64,000 bases of DNA from Flectonema sp. DT1601. Taxonomy: Eukaryota. Below the pieces are notes generated by a model. It was given only the letters and a program-made list of their open reading frames with translations. It was not told where the DNA came from and searched no databases. A program made the translations under genes and the position numbers. The stretch covers positions 124,001 to 188,000 of the forward strand of contig OZ025791.1 of the NCBI GenBank assembly GCA_964019425.1, written 5' to 3'. Positions 12,801-23,027 of the stretch are shown piece by piece. The first letter of the stretch is position 1, and each line of letters begins with the position of its first letter.

Positions 12801-13683
12801 GTGTTGGTGGTATCGGCGTCGGAGGTGCTGGTGTTGGAGGTGCCGGTGTCGGAGGTGCCGGTGTTGGTGGTATCGGTGTTGGTGGTATCGGCGTCGGAGG
12901 TGCCGGTGTTGGTGGTATCGGCGTCGGAGGTGCTGGTGTTGGAGGTGCCGGTGTCGGAGGTGCCGGTGTTGGAGGTACCGGTGTTGGTGGTATCGGCGTC
13001 GGAGGTATTGGTGTTGGTGGTATCGGCGTCGGAGGTACTAATGTCGGTACTGGTGTTGGAGGTGCCGGTGTTATACATCCATCGTTACATCGCCACCTAA
13101 ATGACCAACCAGGTCCCGGAGTTGCAACTACGGCAGCAAAGTACGTTAGAATAGAGACCTCGTAATCTGCTGTTACCTCACCTACACGTTCTTGAACGGT
13201 CTGACCGGCGACAGCATCGTAGCAGGAACCACCAAAAAGTTTTAGGGTGGCGAAATCCTTTACTCCTGAAGCCAGAACAGTATTACACACTCCTGGAGTA
13301 CCGGGATCAACTCGAAGATCGTCGTAGTTTGTCGCAGCAGCGCAAGACAATGACGTCGCACCTGGAGTACAATGCTGTACGAAGCCAGAAAAATCAAATT
13401 CAACGCGACTGGCACACTGGTAGAATCTCCAGCAGTAATTCTTCCTGACATATGAGGTAGCTATAGTATTTACGTCCATCCAGCCACAAACTTGTGTTAC
13501 AGCCAAGTCAATTATTTCATCACAACCGGCTGGAGTACGCGTGCAAGTCGGAACATTGTTGTTATAACCGCTAGGTCGACAGCCAATACAGGTATTCGCA
13601 GTATTCACCTGTCCGCATCCCTCCCTCACATCAACGCCTTCCACGGTCGACACCGCAGCTAGGAGAGCAATAAGCTGCCTCAT
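9824..13683 (-). CDS. Surface multi-pass membrane protein: signal peptide, CUB-like domain, Pro/Thr stalk, multi-TM region, cytosolic tail; 3 exons (13683-10571, 10431-9999, 9934-9824), ~1218 aa
   Basis: 1044-aa ORF with signal MRQLIALLAAVSTVEG, CUB-like motifs (NYCWRF..YDDLRV..GWSFRWRC), a PPTP[AI] array and about 7-8 hydrophobic helices. The GTATGT donor at 10570 joins in frame via ACAAACAG (10432) to ORF 9960-10355. A second intron 9998-9935 leads to TAA at 9826-9824. Confidence 0.8.
12225..13070 (-). repeat. Coding 15-bp-unit tandem array encoding PPTPI/PPTPA/PLTAV
   Basis: Dozens of ggtgtcggtggtatc / ggtgttggaggtgcc units, with a higher-order 45-bp unit in 12310-12530. Confidence 0.95.
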
Positions 13684-14495
13684 GTTCTTTTCATCTGATG
13701 TAAGAACAAATAAATAAAAACATCAACGAATTCAGAAGAACTATCAACACACACTAGCTGTGAATATTTTTATTACTGTTGTTGAAAATGTTCTCAAAAC
13801 TAATCCCAGACAGCAACAGGAACTAAATGAGAAGCGACTCAAAAAGAAATAATACGGACAGGGTCCAACTTACAGCCCATCAATCCCTGAGCTAGGGTAG
13901 ACTACAACTATCGAGAAGCTATAAAGTTTGTGTTGAGTTATTTACTCAACCAACTAAACACCTGAACCGCGAAGCAAACGAGGCACTTGTAAAAGTCAAA
14001 TAACAAGACAACGAACAGCAACAGGGATTACTATCTGCGTTGGAATTTCAGTAACATTGTTGTGCTCTTGTTCCTATTTTTGTTTCCCAGAAGGATAACT
14101 TTATACCCACTGACGGGAAGAACATGTCATAGTTTAACAGGTTGTGTCGTAAATCCTAAGATCTGATAAATAATAACATCAACTAACTGACTTGGTATTA
14201 TCTTTATTACGAAGTCAAAGTTTGCTTCCGCTGCTTTCTTTCAAAAGTACGAAGAGAGAAATATAAAAACAAAAGAAATGAAATAATTTATGAATCAAAC
14301 ACGTAGTAATCTTATCAACCATATGCCAGAAGCCCGCTACCTAAAGTCGGGTGAGACGAGTTCTTCTTCGTTTGATATTATGCAGCGCCACACTCTGTTG
14401 ATGTGATGAGAGTTACAGAAGTATTGCTTCTGTTACTTTCAACAGGGGAGGGCACTTCTTAATGCGGAGCAAATATCGACGTCTCGCATCCGCCA

Positions 14496-15331
14496 TCAGA
14501 GTTTCTTAAACTCTTCAATCCACTTCTCTAGTGCTTCATGGACCTTAACGAACAACCCTTTACCTGATCGTACCTGATTGATGTTGTGTTTGTGATATCA
14601 CAAATGTTGTTCTTCCATTAAAACAGATCTAATCATAGAAAGGATATTATTAAATATTTCCTTTTAATAAAGTCACAGTGAAGTATAATAAACAGTATTT
14701 TTAACAGACCTGCTTTTGAGATGATCCAATGAGCTCCTTCATTGTGGGCTTCAGGCTGTTGCTGTTTTCGTTGCTCCACTTGAATTCTGTATCATAGGGT
14801 GCGTCTTCATCGCTTGCAAAGTCAGGAATAGTAACCGTGCACTTCAAGTCGTCAGGTCCAGTAATTGTAAACTGTTTGTTGTGTTTTGTTGTAATGGAAT
14901 TATTTAAAGGAGCGCAAGTACAATAAAAAAACTTAATAATTATACTGGAAGACTTAACCAGAAGCATTATTATTATAAATAAGAAGTACCTCGAGCTTCA
15001 TATCGAAAGGATACTTTTTCTTTCCACGAATAAAAGTGAGCGATGCATCACCCGTAATATTCATTTCTTGAATAACAACGTCCTCGCCATCCATGTCTTC
15101 CTTGAGACCGACAAGTGCGCTGGTCAGTTCTTTCACTGCCCAGCTGTTAACACTTTTCTCTTCCCAAGTACCGGCTTTGTTCCACGGAGATCCACTTCCG
15201 TTGGAGGAGGCGCTTTCTGAAACCTGAGAGTTCATAACCTTCACTGGAACTGCAGCTGGTGCTGCATCATCACCTGGTTTCCATTCCCTGTGTTTGTAGA
15301 ACTTCAAATCTGAGTCTTTGGATGAGGACAT
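14496..15331 (-). CDS. Activator of Hsp90 ATPase N-terminal domain protein (Aha1_N/Hch1-like), 3 exons (15331-14990, 14871-14710, 14573-14496), ~193 aa
   Basis: WNKAGTWEEKSVNSWA..ITGDASLTFIRGKKKYPFDMKLE|FTITG..TVTIPDFASD..|..HEALEKWIEEFKKL*. No Aha1 C-terminal domain seen. Confidence 0.8.
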
Positions 15332-15927
15332 CTTTTAATTTATTCTGTTCTGTTTTAGTAAAGTAAGTAGTTTAAGACCTTCACACCGTCACCATTGGTA
15401 ACGACAACGTAATATTGCGACTCGGAAAGAGATAAGCATCATCGGGTTGGTGTTGGGACGAGACACCAATTGATGACTCACTCACATTTAAATAAAATTC
15501 ATTACTCTGAAATAAATATTCGTTCGTGTTAACAGTAATGAGAATACTTGAAGTGTCTTGCCCGCTGGCGAATATAATTTCAAACTGCGCCACGCGCTGA
15601 GCTTTCAGATAATAAGTTTAGTACGAATGGTAATAACGAAGGGAATTAGAAAAAAATAAAACGAAAAGACAGATCGTTCTTTCAAACGACTTCGAGAGGA
15701 CTACTCGAACAGCAGGCAACAAACCAAAACAAATTAAACCAAACCAGTAAGTGAAAAATAACAAGTCTTCTCAAAGCTATTCTAACACAGATCTAATGAT
15801 CGAGTGAGACATCTCATAGATGTGAAATTGAAAGGACAAAGAGACTGCACACGACTCAGCTTTTTGCAAAGCTGACTAAGAAAACATAAAAAGCAACCTG
15901 ATGAGTACTACAGAATAGAGAATCTGA

Positions 15928-17025
15928 CTAACTAAAGAACGCATCGGGAATAACAATCGTCGGTGCCGGGGAGGGCTCCCTGGCAGGATGCTCCTCGTCA
16001 TCCGGGACCTCAGTTGAATACGCGTCTCTCAGTGCACATGAAGTGATGGTAAATGAAAGAACTTTTTTAAAGAGTTCACGCTTCCCACTATCGTCATTCA
16101 GAGAACTGTTAATATTAAGCAGAGCTCCGATAGCTGCTACTTGTAGACTGACGTCATTAGTTACTAATAAAGATGTGAGTGGTGCCGTAGCGTCATGTTT
16201 GTTTATTATTTCAAGACACTCCTCGTCTCTTGTGAGACTTTGTAGGATGCCAGCGATATTTCGAACGACTTCTATTGTGCGGTCTGAGAGAAGGGAGATG
16301 AGAAGTGGGACCACACCATCACTCTTAAAGTATGCGGCAGCGGCAAGGTGGCTGCTAATATTGTGAAGAGCACCCGTTACATGAACAATCTCTTCTTCAA
16401 TCTCTGAGCGATTCTTCTGTAGAAGTGAAATGAGAAGGGGCACAGAGCTGTGGTCGATGGCTTCCCGCTTTCCCTCGTTTGACATGCAAATTGATTGCAA
16501 CGCTCCAGCAGCCGCAGCTACTAACGGAGAGCAGTTCGTTCCGATTGCTCGAATCAGGTCTGCAATTATCGGCAACATCGCAGTAGTCGATTCTGTTCTC
16601 GTTGCGAAATTTAAAATGCAGCCACAGACTACCTCCGCCATCTCATACTTCCCGACATCTAAACTACTTGACAAATAACCAAATAGTGCACTACTCATCG
16701 CGCTATTGAAGTGTTGCTGGTTGGCCGGCTTCCTCGAAAGCTGTTTAACGATGCGAATTAGAAGCAGAGAAATATTATTATTTTCTCGTATCGATTCCTC
16801 GACGAGGATTCTGGCCAGACCGCTGGTATCGTCAAGGCAGACAGTTCGGTAGTTGGAGGAGGTTTCCATTTCTTCATTTTGGCGAAGAAACGTAGTGACG
16901 ACTACTAGAGCCGACACTCTCAAACTCGGGACCATCAAATTTGAGAGCACTTCGTTAACTTCCTGCCATCGAAGCTCCCCATCAGACTCATCGTTGAACG
17001 AGCCTTCCACCCCAGTCTGCTTCAT
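15928..17025 (-). CDS. Armadillo-repeat protein, ~365 aa
   Basis: Repeated ARM signatures (AAAGALQSIC, SVPLLISLL, VTGALHNIS, VVPLLISLL, IAGILQSLT, AAIGALLNI). ATG at 17025 follows a U-rich tract and CTACAG. Confidence 0.85.
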   Translation of the reverse strand: MKQTGVEGSFNDESDGELRWQEVNEVLSNLMVPSLRVSALVVVTTFLRQNEEMETSSNYRTVCLDDTSGLARILVEESIRENNNISLLLIRIVKQLSRKPANQQHFNSAMSSALFGYLSSSLDVGKYEMAEVVCGCILNFATRTESTTAMLPIIADLIRAIGTNCSPLVAAAAGALQSICMSNEGKREAIDHSSVPLLISLLQKNRSEIEEEIVHVTGALHNISSHLAAAAYFKSDGVVPLLISLLSDRTIEVVRNIAGILQSLTRDEECLEIINKHDATAPLTSLLVTNDVSLQVAAIGALLNINSSLNDDSGKRELFKKVLSFTITSCALRDAYSTEVPDDEEHPAREPSPAPTIVIPDAFFS

Positions 17026-17171
17026 ATTTGGGACAGAAGCACTGTAGTCGGAAATTAAATAAAATCGTGTTGTTTTTGTGTCCAAAACCACCAAAGAAAA
17101 TTCAATGAATAAAATGAAAGGAAAAGAGAACATCAACTCAACTCAGAGATAAATGATGAACGGGAACTTAT

Positions 17172-17561
17172 CTAGTTCTTGACAGCTGGCTTGGTGATCT
17201 TGACCTTCTTACCAAGCTTCTTAAGGGAGCCAGCGAGGGACCATTTCATGTTCTTCTTAAGTTTTGGCTCCATTCCTGGTTTTGATTATTTAGTATCAAA
17301 AAGGTAAAAAGGACTTCCTAAGGGAAAAATTCCAACAGGAAAAGTTAAATTGTACAAACCCTTTCTTGTGATGTAACGCTGTCTTAGTGGGCCCTTGATA
17401 CCGTTACGGTGAGCCTGTTTAGTTTTATTGATTAGAATAATACTATTGATGATGATTGCCTTATAATCTGATCCAATAAAATAAGAGTTTCCTTCACAAA
17501 CTAATCAGAGGCATACCTTGTAGTTCTGGTTATGGTTGGTGTGGTTCTTTGACTTGGCCAT
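17172..17561 (-). CDS. RPL29: 60S ribosomal protein L29 (eL29), 3 exons (17561-17517, 17414-17360, 17275-17172), 67 aa
   Basis: MAKSKNHTNHNQNYK|AHRNGIKGPLRQRYITRK(G)|MEPKLKKNMKWSLAGSLKK..* matches the eL29 signature MAKSKNHT.HNQ..K.HRNGIK. Absent from the ORF track because it is spliced. Confidence 0.95.
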
Positions 17562-17784
17562 TTTCCTTTTTTTTTAATAAATTCCTTTTTTCGGTAAATA
17601 TATAAAACAAAAAAAGACAACATCAACCAATCAAACAAAAAAATCTTCAAAACTACAAAACAGAAATAATTGAGAAACCATCCTTCCATTAGTTGTGTAG
17701 AACCTGATTGGTGAAGAGTTGTAAAATTACTACAAAATTAAATAACTCCGCAGTAGCCGCAGGTAAGAATACACGTTAGTACGC

Positions 17785-17816
<32 letters not shown>

Positions 17817-19448
17817 TGTTTTCTTTCTCATCTTTTTTTTTTTTTTTTTGCTAGTTCGTTATTACTATGCCATTTGTTACGTTGTTTGTTGTTAACTTTT
17901 CCTCTCAAAATTAATAACAATCTCCAAACAACCCAACAGATGGCTTCACCAAACAGAACAGAGCAGCCGCTAGGACTTGCTGAGCTACGACAGGGAAACG
18001 GAAGTCACTTCCTCTGCTGTCGTTTTCTACAATTCAACGACTAAGTGACAATTGGGTCGTAGCTGATTACTTTCACCACCTGAGAAAAGTAAGGAATGAA
18101 ATAACTTATTATCACAGGTAGCTAAGGCAGTCAGATTGGAATCGACTTAATCAAAATAACCTTTGAGAGCAGTCTCCCTCTCTCAAAGGGCCGTAATTAT
18201 TACAAATGGTTGCTTCTTCCCAGTTAAGTCATATTCCCTTCAGTTTCAATAGTTGCCTTTTTATTTATCAAATCAGCGGGTTCCCAAACCACAAACACCA
18301 GAAATGGAATTGTAGCAGCCGGAGTCACACGCGTAATAGAGAGAACAGGCAAGAAACGAAAATTCCAACTTAGTAAAGTTAGAGAACAGGTAGAAAAGGT
18401 ATCTTTAGCCTTCTACAGTTGCTGTAGAGATAACAACAGAGGGGTGCCACGGATGCCATCAAGCGACCGCAAGGCTGACGAATAGATTGAGATTTGGAAA
18501 GCAGCTGGCCTCCGATAAGACGTGAGCGCCACCAACGTTAGACGTCCTGACCAATAGCTTCGATGCATAGAAACCTTCTCGGGCTTCTTTCGCACCGCAA
18601 CTAACTTCAGTAGTGGCACATTCATAAATTCGGTAGCCATACGAGTCTTTGGAACAAATTACACATCCAACAGGGTGGAGAAAGTAAATAAATATTAATT
18701 GTCACTCGTACTAATAATCACCACCAGTAGTGTTGTCGACAACATAATAAATATTTTCATCTAATCAGGTCGAGTGTAAACATTACAATAAAAGGATAAA
18801 TCCATTCACTACAGTAACTGCTGAAGAGATACCGCAGAAATAGATCGCAACCTAAATGTGAAACCACTCACAGCAGTCTCGTAGACAGGCGGCAGAAAAG
18901 GGGACGAAACCAAAGAATATGAAAAAATAATTAACATTCAGAAGGGAAAATGATTTTGGGAGGGAAATCGGGGAAGGGCAGGGATTTATTTTCTATTCGT
19001 TCTCCAAGCATTCATTTCCTTTATTCATATCGTCTTCTATTCTCTTCATTCTTTCTTCAGTATAGGAACATAATAGGTCATACAAGAATCGACGTGTAAA
19101 AAGCGAAAAGCGAAATACGTATTCCAATACCAACGTACCGAATTACTTCCAAAGAAACAGATCGATCGCTTCACTCGACTAACTGCTCAACTCAAGTAGT
19201 GTTTTCGTTGTGGTGATTTGTGTTCTTTTCTTGCACTCTGTGTTCTGAGAATAAAGAAAACACAAATGACGCAGTTAGAGAGAGCGAATTGAATCGACAC
19301 TTTCACGTGTCCGGTGGGTGTCGCGCTGATCTGTCGCTGAAAACTAAAAAATGGTTTTCATCAGCTGTTGGGCGAAGTCAGTAAACCGTCCGGTACGACT
19401 GCCTTATTACTTTCTTTTTATCGAAAGCGGGAACAGCAAACCTTTAGT

Positions 19449-20163
19449 TCAGTCGCTTACAGATAAACAACAGCTGGGTATTGTGTAACAAGCCCTATCG
19501 ACTCCTTCAATAGATGGCGTGTTTACAAATTCAACGAAAGCGTTAACCTGCTCTTCACCGAGAAATCGAACTAACTTTCCCGTTCGATCACAATACCTCA
19601 TCATCGACGTATTCCAATGAAGACCTAAAGTCTGCATTACGCAGTCCACGCTGCCTACCTTTACTGTCGCTGTTTGTGTTGTGTTGTTGTAGTAAAGTAC
19701 TCTCTGTGTAATACTCTTTGTGTAATTACTATTCAAACTCTTCTTAACAAAGTGTTGGATAGCAGCTCGTCAAGTAAAAGGAAACACACCTCCAACTTTC
19801 AAACCTTCACAAATAGGAACTGGTGGCGATACTAGTCCCTGCTCTACAAGGTCTCCTCGCTGCAGTTCTCTCACGACCATCTCCGACTGGTAGACCTGTT
19901 GAGTCATTTGTTGAATTTCCTCTTCCTGCAGTGAAATTAAAAATCGTTTCCGAGTTACCACTCCACCTAATCCTTTTGTTTAAAACATCGAAGAACGTCT
20001 TCAATGTGACTGAAGAACTAAAATAGAAAGTAACTAACAACTAACAAACCTCATCCGCATCCAGCTCGTCCGAGCCTGGAGGGGGAGGCGAACCACCCAC
20101 ATCTGGACGTTGTGGACAGTTCATTGACATGTGTCCTTCGTTACAGTACCGACATCTTATCAT
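19449..20163 (-). CDS. Small protein with N-terminal zinc knuckle and C-terminal Mind-bomb-type SH3-repeat-like domain, 3 exons (20163-20050, 19925-19790, 19669-19449), ~156 aa
   Basis: MIRCRYCNEGHMSMNCP (C-x2-C-x3-H-x4-C). C-terminal VG|ATVKVGSVD..LHWNTSMMRYCDRTGKLV..VEF..YTIPSCCL resembles the Mib repeat pattern. Donors GTTTGT (20049) and GTGTGT (19789). Joining of exon 1 is uncertain. Confidence 0.55.
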
Positions 20164-21201
20164 CTTTTGTTGTTCTTAAATAATCTGATTTGACGTATTA
20201 TAAATATTTGCTTCGTGGGGGTAATTCGGGGGGGTAACTTGATACTATGATTATATAGTTCGGGGGGAGGAATTTAAAAAATAAAAGCCAACTTCAAAAT
20301 TCAAATATTTGCTCACAGAACGTCATAATCTTTTGTCTACTCCACCTGTTTGGAATATAAAGCGAAGGCTGATATTCAGAGTAGGCTCACAAGTAATTAC
20401 GTTTCCCAAGTTATTCTTTTCAATTTTTCTTTTTTATTCCTTTTTTCAAAACTCACAAACTTGTGTTGTGTCAACGAAATAACAAAATACTTAAACAAAT
20501 TCGAGCAAATATATTCCCAGATATGATAGTCTCCAAGGAAGTACCATCTTGACTCACGCAGTTACAAAGTCAGATTTTAAGTTACAACATAACTGATTTA
20601 GAGAATGAAATATTGCTTCTCAAATAAAACAAAAAAAAAAACAACTGATATGTCTTTGAAAAGTAAAAAAGTTACTTGAAATAAGCAGGCAATCTCTCTA
20701 ACCTATCGTTCGAGAACATGTGAACTACGTGCGTGCGTACTTATATTTGAGAGTAGCACTTACAACACAAAGAATGTTCGCAACGATGTTTTCATCTAAA
20801 TTGTATTCTGCACTTCAGTATCTACTTTAGGTGCAATAAAATCCTTGTAGAAATGAAATTGTAATTCACCCGTTGGAAGAACAAAAAAAAAAAGGAACGG
20901 AATCGAGACGAAGTACTAACTCTCCAACTAGTCAACAGTTAGGACATTTATCCCCCGATGGATGTGTAAGCAAATTGAATTCAAAGGATAAAGCCGACAT
21001 AGACAAAGACCATGAGGCTATAAGGTAAGTAGTGTGGTGTCTACCTGGTTAGAAAGAAGGGACTTCAAATACAAAACGCTGAACTATGTGATGTGCCAAT
21101 ATGAGAGATCATCAGCGTTTATTATAAATCTCTGTGTCAACAGAATATATAAACAAATAATCACTTAGACTTCAGATGCTAAGTAATTTGAATCCCAACA
21201 G

Positions 21202-22434
21202 TTACGTTGCATTAGTTGCTCTCCTCCTCGTCCCCGGAACCGTAAGAATCGGACGAGGTGATGGAGGAGGCGATGGCGGAGTTCCAATGGAATTCCGTTT
21301 TGGACTTCTCAAATTCCCTCTCATCGGACTGGAATGCCTCCTGACTGGAGATACTTTCCTTTCTGAATGAACAGGATCGACTCCACTACTACTGCTACCA
21401 TGAGACACCCTACGAAGAAGAACCCGTGACCGAGGAGACATACTTCCGGCTCGAGGAGACATACTTCCAGCTCGAGGAGACATACTTCCAGCTCGAGGAG
21501 TACTTGAAGTGGAGTTGGAATCAAATGAAGTGTTTTCAAAAGCAGATATCGAACGAGGTGGTAGTGTTGGTGGCAGACCACCACATTGTGATCCTGATAT
21601 ACTTTTAAAAACAATTGGAGACATAACATTATCTGACTCACATCTACGAAGAGTATTTGCAACTGGAAGTCGTACGGCGGCATCAGCGCTGAGAGATGCT
21701 CTCCTTTGCGATAGTCTCGGAAAGGTGGTTCCATTTCCGTTAGCGCTGCTGTTGTTGCTGCTGCAATTATCGTGTGTAACAACCACTTCGTCAATTTGAG
21801 GAATCGTAGATTGCAACCACTCGAACTCCTCTTCGTCATCTTTGAGCTGCTGAATGTCTGAATCACTGAAGCTGAACAACATCATTTGGAGTTTTGTTTG
21901 TTTTATCTTTTTACGTAATTCTGCAGCTTCCTTTCCGTTGGCAGTCATCCAACAACGGATTTGTGTACAACACCGTTTGACATTTTCGTGCCACTTTGTA
22001 ATCGCCTTCTCATACATCGATTCGGGAGAACTCGTGGCCAAGACAGCAAACTGAGAAGTCGCACGTGAAGTAGGCAGTCCAATTCTCTTCGCTTTAACAA
22101 TCTGCTCCCTGTGCTTACGAAGTGCACCTTCTTGTTGAACACCCCATTGTAATACTGCTGCTGCTAGTCTTAAGGTCTTTCTACGTTCACTGCGCCTCCA
22201 CCAACGCTGGATCTTTTTGACACTTGAGAAGTATCTCCTCAAGTGATATACAATTGGAAGATTACCTCCCAATAAGAACTGTCGCAGAGTATTCAATTCA
22301 CCGCAGGGATCACTCTCATTTTGGACTGAAAATAAACTTCGCAGGATTTCCGTGGTCCTGCCACCAATTTGGTCAGGTGACAGGCAGAGTGAGTCTCTCA
22401 TCAAAGGACTCGTGAGATCTGACAGGATGTCCAT
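21202..22434 (-). CDS. IQ-motif protein with Ser/Pro/Arg-rich disordered tail, ~410 aa
   Basis: SVKKIQRWWRR IQ-like motif, a coiled-coil and three 21-bp SPRAGSM repeats (~21430-21500). ATG at 22434 follows a U-rich tract and CCACAG. Confidence 0.7.
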   Translation of the reverse strand: MDILSDLTSPLMRDSLCLSPDQIGGRTTEILRSLFSVQNESDPCGELNTLRQFLLGGNLPIVYHLRRYFSSVKKIQRWWRRSERRKTLRLAAAVLQWGVQQEGALRKHREQIVKAKRIGLPTSRATSQFAVLATSSPESMYEKAITKWHENVKRCCTQIRCWMTANGKEAAELRKKIKQTKLQMMLFSFSDSDIQQLKDDEEEFEWLQSTIPQIDEVVVTHDNCSSNNSSANGNGTTFPRLSQRRASLSADAAVRLPVANTLRRCESDNVMSPIVFKSISGSQCGGLPPTLPPRSISAFENTSFDSNSTSSTPRAGSMSPRAGSMSPRAGSMSPRSRVLLRRVSHGSSSSGVDPVHSERKVSPVRRHSSPMRGNLRSPKRNSIGTPPSPPPSPRPILTVPGTRRRATNAT

Positions 22435-23027
22435 TTTCCTTCGTGAGGAATCAATCCTGTGGAAATGTAAATTAAAAACACAACAACAACACAAACATCA
22501 CATCCTAGCAGCCTATCTGTTAATATTCCTCCATTTCATGCCATCTATTTCATGTCTGAGTAATATAAATATCAACGCAACAACAACTCATCAAATTGAA
22601 ACTCGACAATAAAACAGGAAGGAAGAAGTGAGATCCAATGTCAGAAGTGGACCTGCAATAAAAAGAAGAAAACAAAGAAACTTTCTTTAATCAAAGTCGA
22701 ATAAAAACTGATAAATAGCCACATGAGCCTTTTGTTAAATATATTTAAGTAGCACCGACAATAATGGTTTGTTAATTTTCTCGTATAAACGAGAATGATC
22801 TTAAGCAAATCACCGTACAGTATCACCACAGACATTAGAGGACCTCTTTTAATGAGCACTTCTTTATTTGAAACCCTCTTTACGGGGTGCTTTCTTTAAT
22901 GTCTGTGGTAACTGTTTCTGTTGAATGGAATCATTAATATTTTTCTATATCCGATTATCTTTTGATAATAAACATTAGTACCAATGAGAGCATGAGAAGT
23001 GCTAACAGTTGGAGTTGGTATTTCGCT

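Noticed and set aside
12179..13165. 328-aa Gly-rich plus-strand ORF and the overlapping 270-aa and 263-aa ORFs
   Set aside because: Shadow frames of the stop-free PPTP coding repeat; no independent start context.
18413..18680. Higher-GC patch with two open minus-strand frames
   Set aside because: No recognisable domain, and no consistent acceptor/ATG or intron chain could be built.
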